DNA from: Podarcis tiliguerta
Lineage: Eukaryota
Assembly (NCBI GenBank): GCA_965153285.1
Contig: OZ229110.1
Strand: one strand, 5' to 3'
Length of the DNA: 64,000 bases
Positions 13,155 through 25,214 of this stretch are shown here, in pieces. How positions within the stretch are numbered: the stretch's first letter is position 1; each line of letters opens with the position of its first letter. The position numbers and the translations under genes were made by a program. The notes beneath the pieces are model-generated. The model ran no database searches, was not told the DNA's origin, and saw only the letters and a program-made list of their open reading frames with translations.

Positions 13155-13310
13155 TCTTTTATTATCTATTAGGTTTATATACAGTACTGCCCTTCATCAC
13201 AAGATCTCAGGGCAGTTCACAGGATAAAATACAAGGGGGAAACACCAGTAAATAGTTAAAACAAAACAATGAGCCACCAAACACATTTAAAAGGCTGTAG
13301 AATATTAATC
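13155..13310 (-). mobile_element. LINE 3' end/UTR remnant
   Basis: TACTGCCCTTCATCACAAGATCTCAGGGCAGTTCACA is homologous to TACTGCCCTTCATCCAAAGATCACAAGGTGGTTCACA at about 45538. Both follow a TTA-rich tail. Confidence 0.6.
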
Positions 13311-13449
13311 AGACTTATAAAACAAAAACATAGAAATACAGATTAACACGTAACTCTTAAAAACGATTTAAGACAATCCCACCCACCCTCAAATAAACAG
13401 CACCCACCCAAGTTAAAACCCCATCCCCATTAAAACCATAATATTAGCA

Positions 13450-14050
13450 CAAGGGGACTGGCTCTGGCCCTTGTTACACCCCTAAAGTGTCGCCCTTAAA
13501 GGGATGACACACTTTGGTGTCGGCTCTGCTGAGGGTGGCCCTGCACCCAGGGCAGGCAAGCTGGATTTATAGAGCTGCCCCAGCAACTGATGCACACCTA
13601 GCTGGGGCAGCAGGTGTTTTCAATGCTGCCTACCTGCCTACCTGCCTGTCCAGGGTCCTGGCCTCTGCCCTACTTGTACAGCTGTAGGCAGGTGCTGGTC
13701 TGGAGATTGAGTAGAGGCCACAGGTCCAGCAGATGGGGGGAGGTTCACTGAGAGGCCACAGGTCCAGCAGGTTAGGGGAGATGGAGGTCCTCCATGCAGC
13801 TGCTGCAGGCAGTTCTTTGTCTTGTGCTGTTTCTGTACTCAGATATGTTCAGGCAAAGGTCTCTTCAAGCCAATAGTGGGCAAGACTCTTCCTCTAATGT
13901 CCAATGTTTGCTCACTCACACTTCAGTGCTCCATTGGTGTTGCAGCTTGCTGCATCATCTTCGCTTGGATGCTTGGGGAAAACAAGGATACTTCCCAGGC
14001 CTTGCAGCTCTGTACAAGCAGAGAAGGGAGATGTTGGATAACCACAGCTA
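13450..14050. repeat. GC-rich unclassified repeat-like block with internal direct and inverted repeats
   Basis: Abrupt rise in GC. 11-bp perfect IR GCTGCCCCAGC (13574-13584) / GCTGGGGCAGC (13601-13611). 20-bp direct repeat AGAGGCCACAGGTCCAGCAG at 13713 and 13751. (CTGCCTAC)n run. Confidence 0.45.
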
Positions 14051-14234
14051 GTTTTAGAACGAAATACTAGTATTATAATATTGATGTTTCCCCCTCCCCT
14101 TCTGACTTGTCAGGTGGGTTTTGTATATATATATTTTTCTACAGGATGTTCATATAGGCAGGTAATATTGTCTTTAGCTAAAGAGGTCGTATTAATTCCA
14201 ATGAATTTTGTCTTCCATTTCTCTTGTTCCACAG

Positions 14235-14372
14235 CATGGGTAGGTAATATACTGCATTCCTGATGTTGTTGGAATACAGCTCACTTAATTCCTGGCTACT
14301 GGCCATGTTGGCTGGGACTGATGAGAGCTGGAGGCCAGCAACATATGGGGGCCACCACATTGGCCACCTTTG
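14235..14372. mobile_element. Old palindromic hAT-like MITE, similar to 33157-33292
   Basis: GATGTTGTTGGAATACAGCTC...GAGCTGGAGGCCAGCAACAT inverted arms. Degenerate TSD TTCCACAG/CCCTACAG. Confidence 0.6.
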
Positions 14373-14617
14373 CCCTACAGAGTTGTAGGAGAGATGAGCT
14401 GCTTTCATAATCACACCATCCCATTTAACTATTCTAGAACCAAGAGCTTTTGCAGGCTGGTGCCTGCTATTAGAATGAGTATACAATGTGAAGTACTAGG
14501 GGAATAATGTAGTTGATTCAGCCTTTGACTAGATGTCAGCCAGCTCCTCAGGCAACGGATGCCTCCCTTTAGTGAGTTTATGAGTGGCTGCTGCAAGGCA
14601 AGCAACTGCTTGGGGGT

Positions 14618-14634
14618 TGTGTGTGTGTGTGTGT
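14618..14634. repeat. (TG)n microsatellite
   Basis: Direct reading of the sequence. Confidence 0.85.
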
Positions 14635-15840
14635 ATTTTAATAAAAAAATAAAATTGCATATCCACTTAACTAGAACTTTTTAAATGCTGTGCAGCAACT
14701 CCACCATGTATGTACAACCACTTCCTGCTGTAGAGCTCACCAAGGACCCTCCAGTGCAACACCGGTAACAGTTGTATTACAGAAGCACAAAGGTGTTTGG
14801 CAGCCTTAGGCCATATAGTATGATATTCTTCTGTGAGACAGAAACTTTCTAGATTTCTCTCCTGGTCTCTCCTAGATGAAACTTTACAATTCAAATCCCA
14901 GTGTGGCAAAAGCTGAGAGCAGGTGCATCACAGGAAGGTTTTAACCTGACCTCAACGGGTCATAGCTAAAGCTTCGGAAAATACATAATTGACTTCGATG
15001 GGGGTATCATTTGAAGTAAGGCACAATGTTGGTAACATTATCTGAGACATCTGAGGATTGTGAGTAGATCTCAGTAGCAAATAAACTGGAGCAAACATGA
15101 TTCGCCCAGACATTCAGCAAACAGGGCAAGATGCTAAGGTCACTGAGTAAATTATTCAATGTGAATAATTCTCTCAGCAAGCCTTCTGACCCACTGACTA
15201 TATGATAGCATTTGATTTCTGGGTCAGATAGTCATCTGCATACAGTGTAGGAAGCCAAAGCCAGTGCCTGCAATCTTTTGTTGTTGTTGCTCCCACGTCT
15301 GATTCTCTATCATATGCCCCTATAATTTCCTGTCTGTAAAGTAACAACTACTGTACGCTCAAAGGGACTAAGGCAGACTTATGTGGCCTAAATATTTTGC
15401 AGTAGTAGTTGAAGGGTGCTGCTGGGTTGTTGTTGTTTTAAAGGTAGAGTTAGATGACCTTGTAACCCAAAATAGATGAGGCTATTCAAGTGGGAAGGCT
15501 GGGACTGCAGCTTGATTTAGGGCCAAAAAACCTTCCATCTGACATGTTTGCTTTATTGTCAGACTGCTAACCCGTCAAAGATGCATTTTGGCACCCTTTC
15601 TAATATTCTGTAGGCTCATGAAAAACAGAGGAAAATCATAATAATCCCAAATGGAAAGTCATACAAGTTCCAAGCATAAAAGCTATTGAAAACACATTTT
15701 AGAATACATGGGCATTTGTAGAATTCAGATCACCCCTGCACAAAGAGGGAAGAGAGGAAGAAAGAGGGATTTGAAGAAGCATCTCCATCACCAGAGGTAT
15801 GAATGTGAAATTCAACACTTCCACTTTCTGCAGTTTGAGG

Positions 15841-16170
15841 CAGTGGTGTAGCATGGGTTGCCAATGCCCGGTGCCACACGGAGGGGGTGAGTGGGAGGGA
15901 GGGAGGTAAATAGACAAAGTATGTATGCACATTCAACTGCCTAACGGTGTCTGTGTCACCCAAGATTTCACAGGCACGGAGATAAGAAAAGAATAGTTGC
16001 TCCATTGACTGGAGCGGTCACTTCCTTGTTTGCGGGGAGGAGCCATTTTCAACAGAGCCCAGTGGCGCAAGCACACAGCTGTATTGAGGCAGCACCAGGT
16101 GTTTAAAATTTTGCGCCCCTAACAATTTTGTGCCCAGGGCAACTGTGGCCTCCCCCATGCTATGCCACTG
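15841..16170. mobile_element. hAT-superfamily MITE, 330 bp
   Basis: 17-bp TIRs CAGTGGTGTAGCATGGG / CCCATGCTATGCCACTG. Perfect 8-bp TSD GTTTGAGG at 15833-15840 and 16171-16178. Confidence 0.9.
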
Positions 16171-16399
16171 GTTTGAGGTGCTCCAGTTTGTCTATGCATG
16201 TGACAGGGATGACTATGGAGCCTGCAAGTCTGGCTTTCTGCTATGGAAGGCATAGGGGAGTGGGCAAAAAGTCACATTCCTCTTTCTTCTTCTTTTTAGG
16301 GAAAGCACTTATGCTTTTGATTGCACCTCTCAATGATAAACCCCAGGGAGTCATGGTTGGCTTCCATATGCAAACTACTGCTTTGACGAACAAAACCCA

Positions 16400-16592
16400 G
16401 ATATAAAAAGCTTCCTTACCCTGAGCTTCATCACTGTCTATTGTTCCCAGCCCAGTGTATACTGATGGGGGAGGCAGCATGTCTTCACAGTCTTAAGTAG
16501 AGAGCCTTCTCAGCCCAGATACCAGAATAAGGAATTATATGACTATTTTCACTTGTTTTAGTAGAGCATGTCTGCTACCTCTTAGTTACAGA
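16400..16592 (-). mobile_element. Highly decayed tRNA-derived SINE
   Basis: Weak similarity to the SINE copies at about 36170 (+) and 54745 (-). Confidence 0.35.
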
Positions 16593-17062
16593 GTGGTTGG
16601 GAGGGGGAGCTATTTGTGGTAGAAGTGGCAAATGGGAGGAGGGGTGTTTAGCTCTTTCTGTCTTGCAACTGCCTGCAGGTGGTTTCCCCCCAGCCAGGGT
16701 TTTAAGCCCATGTTTGTGGCCTAGATTCTTAAGGGAGAGTAGAAGAGGCTGAAGGGAGTTGCAGGAGTATAGTGGCAGCCAGAGAGAGCTTTTTGTTGGT
16801 TTAGCCAGGGAGCCCCACTACCTATAATTCCTTCCTTCAGGTGCCTTTTCCAAGCCAAGGTGCCAGACCCAAGCCAGAGGTTTAAAAGACTCAGCTTGGT
16901 AGGTGCATGCAGGGCGAAGGTGGCTGCTGGGAAGAAAGGTTGCCAGGGAAACACAGATTTTTTTTGGGGGGGGGAATAATATTCCTCCTCCCACATTTCT
17001 CTTCTCACTTCTATAGGGCCTTCTCCCAGTGCCATTTTGTAGTGCAGAAATGGTTGCTAATC

Positions 17063-17170
17063 CGAGTTTCAGGGAAACCTAAAGCTGCTTTCATTGGGTT
17101 TGTCAGGGACTGAAGCTAGAATCTTCGACATGCAAAGCACATGCTCTTTCATGGTTAGATACAGCCCTCA
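17063..17170 (-). mobile_element. Decayed tRNA-derived SINE, 5' part
   Basis: CAGGGACTGAAGCTAGAATCTTCGACATGCAAAGCACATGCTCT is the reverse complement of a tRNA-like head with a degenerate B box. Confidence 0.5.
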
Positions 17171-17181
17171 TTTACTGACCA

Positions 17182-17413
17182 GCCAGTGTGGTGTAGTGGT
17201 TAAGAGCGGTAGTCTCGTAATCTGGGGAACCGGGTTCGCGTCTCTGCTCCTCCACAAGCAGCTGCTGGGTGACCTTGGGCCAGTCACACTTCTTGAAGTC
17301 TCTCAGTCCCACTCACCTCACAGAGTGTTTGTTGTGGGGGAAGAAGGGAAAGGAGAATGTTAGCCGCTTTGAGACTCCCGAAGGGGAGTGAAAGGCGGGA
17401 TATCAAATCCAAA

Positions 17414-17446
<33 letters not shown>

Positions 17447-17468
17447 TTCTTCTTCTTCTTCTTCTTCT
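17182..17468 (+). mobile_element. Young full-length Squam1/POM-type SINE with (CTT)n tail
   Basis: GCCAGTGTGGTGTAGTGGTTAAGAGC A box and GGGTTCGCGTC B-box-like motif. Body GGGTGACCTTGGGCCAGTCAC...CCTCACAGAGTGTTTGTTGTGGGG. Ends ATCAAATCCAAACT followed by (CTT)n at about 17415-17468. Confidence 0.9.
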
Positions 17469-18754
17469 GTTTGTGTTGTACTGGAAGAAGATGGGTTGGC
17501 ATATGATGAAGTTTGTGGTCTGAAAGTCAATTGCAGAAAGCAGCCAACTAGTTTTGTGATAACATGACTATAGGTGCATTATTATAAAACAATTCCTGTT
17601 TGCAGTTATGGTCAGAAGGCATAGTTCATAGCCAGATTCCTTTTATGTAATAAAAATTGGTGCTTCCAATCGAAAGGGATATGGGCATTCTCATTTCCCT
17701 TCCCTTGCACCGCACAAATGCCCATAACCATCCATTCATATTGAAATCCCCAGTCAGTTTCCTTTGTCAGCTTATCTGGAAGAAAGAAGGAATGAGAATG
17801 ACATCTCCAGGTCTTTGGGCAAAAATACCCTTTTGTTTAAAGTTACTGCTTTGAACAATTTTTGCTGACTTGGTTTGCAAGCTTTAGATTCTTCAGTAGG
17901 CAGTGATATTAAAAAAAAACAACCCTCAGTTTGCACTGGAATGGACAATGGGTTAAAAAACTGAACCATTTTTTCCCTCCACTTTCCCTACAACCTTTTA
18001 TATCATTGTTGTTTTACTGCCTGAGAAATGAAAACTGCACTGTCTCTTTCAGTATCATTTCTTGTTTATCAGCTGAACTGTTGTTTGGGCTAGTTTAAGG
18101 TAATATGTAAATCTGAAGATTTGTGGATAGGTGGATTAGCCCATTCCAAGGGGAGGCTGTCGAAATGAAGCCCTGGTGACTTTTCAAGAGGGGAAATCCT
18201 TATTCTGCTTTGACCTATAAGCATTTGACTTGAAGCAATCAATGTCGGGTCCCTGTTTTATCAGGGTGAGGGAAGCTGCTTTAATTTCTAGGTAGGATTT
18301 ACTTGGTTATATTACTGCTTGATTCTCTCCCTTTTTATAAGGTTGTGAATACACCTATACAAATGAGAAGGAAGGGGAGGGCTTGTATTGAAAGACAATA
18401 GCGTAGTAATAGCATGTAGGGATAGAAGATCTTCACAGGGTCTGACAACAAACTGATATGTTTATGAGGTGTTCTGTGGCTTGCCTTCTTTCTTTCTTTA
18501 ACATTTTACAGATGTGTAAAGCAGCTGGTAACATTGCCGTGTCCGTAAGCCAGGGAGAAAATAAGACTTTTAAAACGCTCCCCCAAAGTGACTGAATGCC
18601 ATAACATGTAGTCCTGCCTGGGGAACTGTATGAAAAAAAAGATGGCTGCCTCCATGGACCAGTTGGGGTTGGCCATCTTTTTCCCCATATGACATCCTTG
18701 CAAGCTTCATTCCATTGCATATGATATGATATTTGCTCTGCATCTGTGAGGAAT

Positions 18755-18872
18755 TGAGCTTTAACTATGGCAGCACCTGTGCTCTGGAACTCCATCCTCT
18801 TAACATTAGGCCATCGCTGTCACTGCACTGTCCCAGATGCCAGCTAAAACCACTTTTGATTCGGCAAGCCTC
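18755..18872 (+). mobile_element. L2-type LINE ORF2 extreme C-terminus remnant
   Basis: Translation AAPVLWNSI and downstream CAGCTAAAACCACTTTTGATTCGGCAAGCCT resemble the L2 pattern AAP.LWNSLP...LKT.LF.QAF. Confidence 0.55.
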
Positions 18873-19297
18873 CCTACGGTGTACAAAAAGCAATTAACAA
18901 CATACAAATAACGTCAACAACATTTAAAAACAGGCATGCCAAGTAACTCATGCCAATGAAGCAGCAGAGATAGCAGCTAGAGTGTAGAACATAAAATACT
19001 CCCATGCTATCGTGTTGCTAAGTTCAAACTCTAAAAAGCTCCTACTGTTCCCACCTTTTACCATTCTGAAGTCTGTTGTAGGCTACCTCACTGCAGTTGC
19101 ATTTGTGAAAGACTGTGTTTGAATCAATTGGTCCTGGAGATTTCACACGGGGAGTCTTTAAAGAGCAAAGTTTTCAACACAGTTGATGGATATCCATGGA
19201 AAGGAGACTTATTATTGCACTACTTATGGTCGTGCTTATTATAGCTGCCATATGGTGGCTGCCTCTCTGTATACTGACATTCAGCTGCTGAATGATA

Positions 19298-19647
19298 AGG
19301 GGGGGGGGGATTTGATGCAGTTCACATTTAATGTTGAATCTATCAAATTTGAATTTCTTGAAGCAACATGAGAATCAAAACACAGCCATCCTTTGAAATT
19401 TATTTGAATCGTGCAGTGCAGTTCCACAACCAATGTTTAGAAAAACACATTATATTCAGGAAAATTCTTGCAAAAACAAAAAAGTACATTAATCATATCT
19501 GCATATAGATTGTTAGAAGAAAGTCACACTAATGCAGATGAATTTTCACAAACCCACAAGTTGCTGCAGGAATTGGAGAACCGAATTTAAAATTATTGCA
19601 AAAATGAGAAATTGAGAGAATTGAAATGGACAGATCCTCTCATCCTA
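19298..19647. mobile_element. AT-rich squamate non-autonomous DNA-transposon-like repeat
   Basis: Recognisable segments AAACACAGCCATCCTTTGAAATT and TGAGAAATTGAGAGAATTGAAATGGACAGATCCTCTCATCCT. Family assignment is from recall only. Confidence 0.5.
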
Positions 19648-21239
19648 CTGAATGGGACATCAAAGCTGTGAATCTGATAGAGTATTTGTCCCAAACATAG
19701 TGCCTCCTACCAGATCCCACCCTCGGATTCTGGTTGTTATGTAGGATACTGTGTGGAAGGAAATTGGGAGGCATCTGCTCCTAACATGTTTGTTTTCCTC
19801 CCCTTCATTCCCTAGTTTTGCTGTTTCTGACAGTTTATGTGGTGTGACAAGTGAGTTCATATCTCTGGTGCTTTTTCTGACCTGAACATTTTTGGCAAGT
19901 GAAGCTGAAGCATGAGTCACCCACAGCATGGATGGATGGCTGGATAAGTCAATGCCTTGTTAACTGAAGGACTCCAGGTAATGCTGTTGGCCAGTGCATT
20001 TATTCTGAATGAAGGTCATGGTGGCACATTCAAAATGCCTTCCTTTTATTAAATGGCTGAAGCTCCTTCCAGTTTGGTAAAGTACTTTCATAGCAGGTGA
20101 AATTATGCAAATCCCAGCTGTGTCCTCTGCGATCTTGCAGAGTAGAACCTTTGTAAGTAAGTGAAGGCTAGTTTTTAGATTGTTAGCAATGACCCATTTA
20201 CTAAAGTTCTAGAGAATATCTCATTTCATACCTTTCCTGTTTCTCTTATTGTTGTGACTAAGACGGTCTTTTAACTGAGCACTAAGCAAGGTGTAAATCA
20301 GGAATGTGCACATACAGTGGAGTGCAGGCACAGAACTGGCTTCTGCATATTTAAAGGAATCTAAATTGGTTTGTTGTTCTAATAGACACTCTCTCTTCTG
20401 CTGCCGTTGCCCTGCAAATTGAAGCATGACTAAAAGCTACCGGGTTATAAAACAGAAATCCCTTTAGCTTGGACTATTCTGCCATGAGTGAATTAGCCCT
20501 CTTGTGAGGCCTAGTTCCAAAAGACATGGAAACTGTCCCCACCCCATGCACATACTCACTGATAAAAAATAATTGCCAGTGTTAACTTTGTACATGTATA
20601 TAAAAATAGCCACACCACTATCTTAGTAACAAGACTACATTTAGTGCACTGCAAGCAAAATCATTGCCCACTAAAAATGTCAGTGCTGGTAATTCTCAGA
20701 CGGCACTGAACAAACCTGAGCCTTATGAGGGAGGAATGCATAGGACCCAATAGCCTTGGGACTGAGCCAACTTGATTTTGAAAATTGATCCTAAAAGAAA
20801 GGAGAAAATGGCATAATTGTATGTGGATCTAAGGATATGACATCAGACTAGTTGAGCTAATGGTGAATTACTCAATTGTGAGAGTAAGAAAGATTCTCTG
20901 TTACAACATACTTCAGAAGATTTATTTTGGAGACATTTTGCTGTTGAGTCTCTAAATCTGATTTGCTTTAGGAACTCAAGGAAGTAGTAAAGACAAAGAA
21001 AGTAGTGAAAATTTAAACCTAAACCTAAGTTGCTTTGATTCAGGAGTCATAATCTCCAGACTGTGGTTGTGAACTCAATAAACTATGTTCTGGAAAAGGC
21101 CTGGGTAATGTTGAACTATTTGGCAGAAATAGTTAAAAGACCACTGGAAAAAAATTCAGCCAAATAATCTCTTTTTTTCTGGTGTAAAGAGATGCAGTAT
21201 GCTTCGATGAGTGATTGACTATGGGAGGGCAAAGGAGAG

Positions 21240-21830
21240 CCTTTTAACAGGATGGATGGTGACATTGTCGATAAATATGGAAAAATATATAAAGAGAGGA
21301 AGGCTTGGGAGGCAAGATGAGAAGTTCAGTGTTGCGTTTATGACAATAATGAAACATCCAAGCAGAGCTATCCAAAAGTAAGTTGAAGACATGCGAGAGA
21401 CACTCTATTGTTAGAGAGATGGAGACCTGAAGATTATTGCTGTATAAATCAGGGCTTTCCAGACTGTGTGTCACGACATGTTAGTGTGTTGGCTGCAGTG
21501 TTTAGGTGTGTCACATGAATGCTCCCCACGCTCCTCCCAGGGCCGGAAAGGGGTTAGTTTAACTTCCAGTTTGCTAGTAAAACTGAATTACTGTGTCATG
21601 AAATGATGCATGTCTAAAAAGTGTGTCACCAACATGAAAAGTGTGGAAGCTCTGGTATAAATGGTACTGAAGTCCATGGGATATGTTGAGATCACCCACG
21701 GACAGTACATAGAAAGAGAATAGAAGAGGGCCAAGTACAGAGTCCTGATGGAAGAAGAGAGAAAGCAAATGAAGAGCTTCCCCCCTATGGAAATATTCAA
21801 AGAGCTGTTAGACAGGTGATGGGGAAAATA
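21240..21830 (-). mobile_element. L2 LINE reverse transcriptase remnant split by a MITE
   Basis: Minus translation QDSVLGPLLFSFYVLSVGDLNISHGLQYHLY|SNNLQ...SAWM...NTELLILPPKP matches L2 RT PQGSVLGPLLF...YHLYADDTQ...KTELL. Confidence 0.85.
21450..21654. mobile_element. hAT-superfamily MITE, 205 bp
   Basis: Perfect 8-bp TSD GTATAAAT at 21442-21449 and 21655-21662. TIRs CAGGGCTTTCCAGACT / AGTGTGGAAGCTCTG. Confidence 0.9.
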
Positions 21831-23196
21831 GCTAGAGTACATCTGTACAATGGGAAGGGTGCGGGTTTTCCTTACATGGGTGTTTTTGAAATGAACAAAA
21901 CAGAGATTGTGAGAATCTACACACTACATAAATGATAAAAAATTATTCATTCAGCCTTTATTGGAATAATAATATATTTTAATTAATGCTTAATATAAGA
22001 TTTATGGCTCTTCTGTACTGACACTCTGGTCAGGTTACGCTGGATGTGCCTTTGGTAATAGTCTCTTAATGATCTGTGGCCAGTATCCTGCATCTGTTGT
22101 TGTTGTTTTTCAGTGGTGAGAATTTGGCTAGGAACTATCTCTGCCTGTCACAGAGTAAATCCTCTCCTGGTAACATGCATGCAACAGATCCGCTATTTGC
22201 CTAATCTTAAGAGTTTTGCTTTATTTGCACAATATTTTATTTCTGCTCCCTTCACGTACACATTATCCTCTGCAAATACCTTGAGGGCTCAAGTACCTCC
22301 AGTAGAGGATTCCAGTTCTTAAGCAGTGATACCTGTTTTGCATCAGAGGCTGACACATTTTTAATGGTTTTCAAGTTAGCAAGTTCACCGAGTGGAAGGG
22401 AGCCGATATCCATTTGTAGATACGATTGTTATATAGAAATGGTGTACATCCAGGTTTAGCCCCTGGGTGTCTCCTTGGGATCAGCTTCTTGGCATAATTT
22501 TATCCATTTAGGGGCTGAGCTATTGGCTCATTTATCACTATGGCAACACTGCTACTTCCACTAAATTTGCTTCTGTTTTTTTCTTTTCTTTTTAAATGAC
22601 TTACCGCTCAGTCCTGGGCATGTTTGCACTGATGTAAGTCCACCTGAACTTGAGAAACTTCAGGACAAAAGTAGCTGCAAAAGCAACTATATTGCAGCAT
22701 TTTCTTGTAGTTCCCACTTGTCCTGTTTTACAACTCTAATCTCATATTTCTCTATTCATCTGTTCCTTTGTTCTCTTCTTCCTGTTCCTTACACTTGATA
22801 CAGCTTTTCTCTGGATCAATCATGCCACCTTTATTTATGAACACCTCCTCCAAGCCATATATAATAATAATAATACAAATATTATAATCATTATAATGAT
22901 GGTGTTGATTTCTGCCTTTCCATTATTAAAGAACTCAGGTACTTTGTACTATCATCTTTTGCCTTGCATTTTATCCTCAGAGCAATCCTGTAAGAAAGAT
23001 GGGGCTGAGTGTGGCTGGTCCAAAGCCTTGTAGTGCACCGTTCAAAATCGCCGTAGTGTACTAACCTGTCTTTTTGCTGTATCCATTTCAAACTTGTGTA
23101 TGAACTCCTATTTTCTTTAACACTTATCCCATATTATCAAGAATGCTCTCATTTATTAATACAGTATCAAATAATACAAGTTACTCATGGCACCCT

Positions 23197-23316
23197 GGGC
23201 TGTATTCCACTAAGTCTTACTCAGAGTAGAACCATTAAAATTAATGGAACTAAGTGGGCCATGACCATTAATTGCAGTGGGTCTATTCTGAGTAGGATTT
23301 AGTGGCATACAACATC
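23197..23316. mobile_element. Palindromic hairpin-type non-autonomous element
   Basis: Arms TGTATTCCACTAAGTCTTACTCAGAGTAGAACCATT..ATTAATGG and CCATTAATT..TGGGTCTATTCTGAGTAGGATTTAGTGGCATACA are about 50-bp imperfect inverted repeats. Confidence 0.75.
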
Positions 23317-24105
23317 TTTCAGTGCATTTGGTACAGTCTACACAAGGCAAGTACTGAGAAAACTCAGATCAGAATGGAACCTGGGTCCCCAGAGACTACT
23401 TTGTGGCTTCTCTTTTTTTGTTTTCCAAAGTTGCAATTAATTGAACTTGAGTCCCAGTGCAATCAGTGTGAAGGTTTCACTTATTGTAATGGGAGCTAAG
23501 TTTGATTTACTTAGTCTGAATTCCACCCATGCACTTAGGGCAAACACAAAGATTCAACACTTTGAGAACTCCAAATTGCCCCCCCTCCCGCCGCATACCT
23601 CTAGCCATTATACAGCAAGTGTAGGCCTAGAAATGTGTGGACAATGTTTGGTAAAATCTCAGAGCCTGGAGAGAATTTCAATGAGTGGAGCTTTAATGCC
23701 CTACATATCATCTTGCCCTGTGGCAAGTGCAATCATGCAAAATACTGGCTAGTTTGCTTAATTACACAAGTCAAATAATTTTCCATTTCTTGGTATGTAG
23801 TGTTTTTTTTTCTTGGCATAAAATTCTGGTGAATCTCAAAAGCAGTTTATGTACCACTTAGTCAATAAAGTCACTAACAAAACAACTGTTATTTTAATAG
23901 GGCTGAGTATTATTATTATTAGTAGTATTATTAGTAGTAGTAGTAAAGCCTTGGACAGGAGCTATGCCACATATGTCTTCCATCCAGAGTTTACTACTGA
24001 TGGAACTGAATGTGTTTGTTTCACAGTATTATTAGAATAATATTATATAAATAATACAATAATATGCTTTTAATGGGGTCCTAACATCATAGTGTTAACA
24101 TCATC

Positions 24106-24134
24106 TGTTTGTTTGTTTGTTTGTTTGTTTGTTT
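24106..24134. repeat. (TTTG)n microsatellite
   Basis: Direct reading of the sequence. Confidence 0.9.
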
Positions 24135-25214
24135 CTAGGGCATTCCTTAGTACCTTGCTCCCTCTCAGAATGAAACAGTAATAGATTACAAAATGGTTCC
24201 TTAAAAATTAAGAGGCTTTCCGTTGGGGTGGGGGTGGGAACGGGGTGAGAGCAATACTATCCAAACAACCTGTCTGAAATTCTTAATTGCAGAAAATGCC
24301 ACTATGTTGTCAAACTTGAGCCTTGCTTTCCTGTCAGACCTTGTTGTCTTGAAGGGAGCTCATTCCCTGGAGCCAGCCAAGCTCAAGAGATAGAAGAAGA
24401 CATGAAAATGTACTAGGGAGAGTGCAAGGGGGCACAGCCCTGCCTTGACACTGACACAGATAATTGAGTTATTGAGTAGTTAGTATAAAAGTTAACGGCT
24501 TCTTGAGATGTCACACAGCACTGAGGCTGCTGTGAAATTAATTATCCCTCCGGTAGCATTTATACTTGCCAGTTCCCCCACATCCACACCCCCGGTTAAT
24601 GTGCCTAATGCCATTTGGCACCTGTTTCAGCCTCTCTAGAATCTCTACACTTTCCAGCAGTGCTGACATGTATAAAAACTGATAAGGCAGAGAAAGATGG
24701 GATACACTGGTACAGTGCTGTTAATAACAACAATTGGACAACTAATTAATTGTGATTATTTGCATAGCGCCATCGCTATGCAATGTCTAACGGACATCAC
24801 TACTTTAAACATGCCATCTGCTGCTTTAAGGCTAGGATTTTCAGAGGGAACTAAGGATGTTTGACACCTAACTCCCCTGGGCCTATTCAGAATTCCCAGC
24901 CATAAATCCCATGGGTTGATGATGATGTAGAGCCATCTGTCTTCATGTAGTAACCATGCATATGATGCGCTGCATCTTTTCAGCACTTGTCAGTCAAGAC
25001 CCCAAGGGTCTTCCTCTGGCAGTCTGCTGCGAATTCAGACTCGTGTTCAGCCTTTGGCTGCTCCATGTCTCCAACTCATTAGGAACTCTAACACAGAGAT
25101 GCTGGCATCTCCATTTGACAAGAGTGGAGTTGCCTTTTCAAAATCTGAAGAAGCATTGCAACAACTGTTTGCATTATGCATTTAAGTATATCTGTGGACT
25201 CTTCAGTGCCTGTT

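Noticed and set aside
17182-17255. tRNA gene
   Set aside because: The A/B boxes are followed by a SINE body and microsatellite tail, with no cloverleaf acceptor stem. The same applies to 36190 and 58170-58250.
17284-17502. Poly-lysine ORF
   Set aside because: It is the translation of the (CTT)n SINE tail on the opposite strand.
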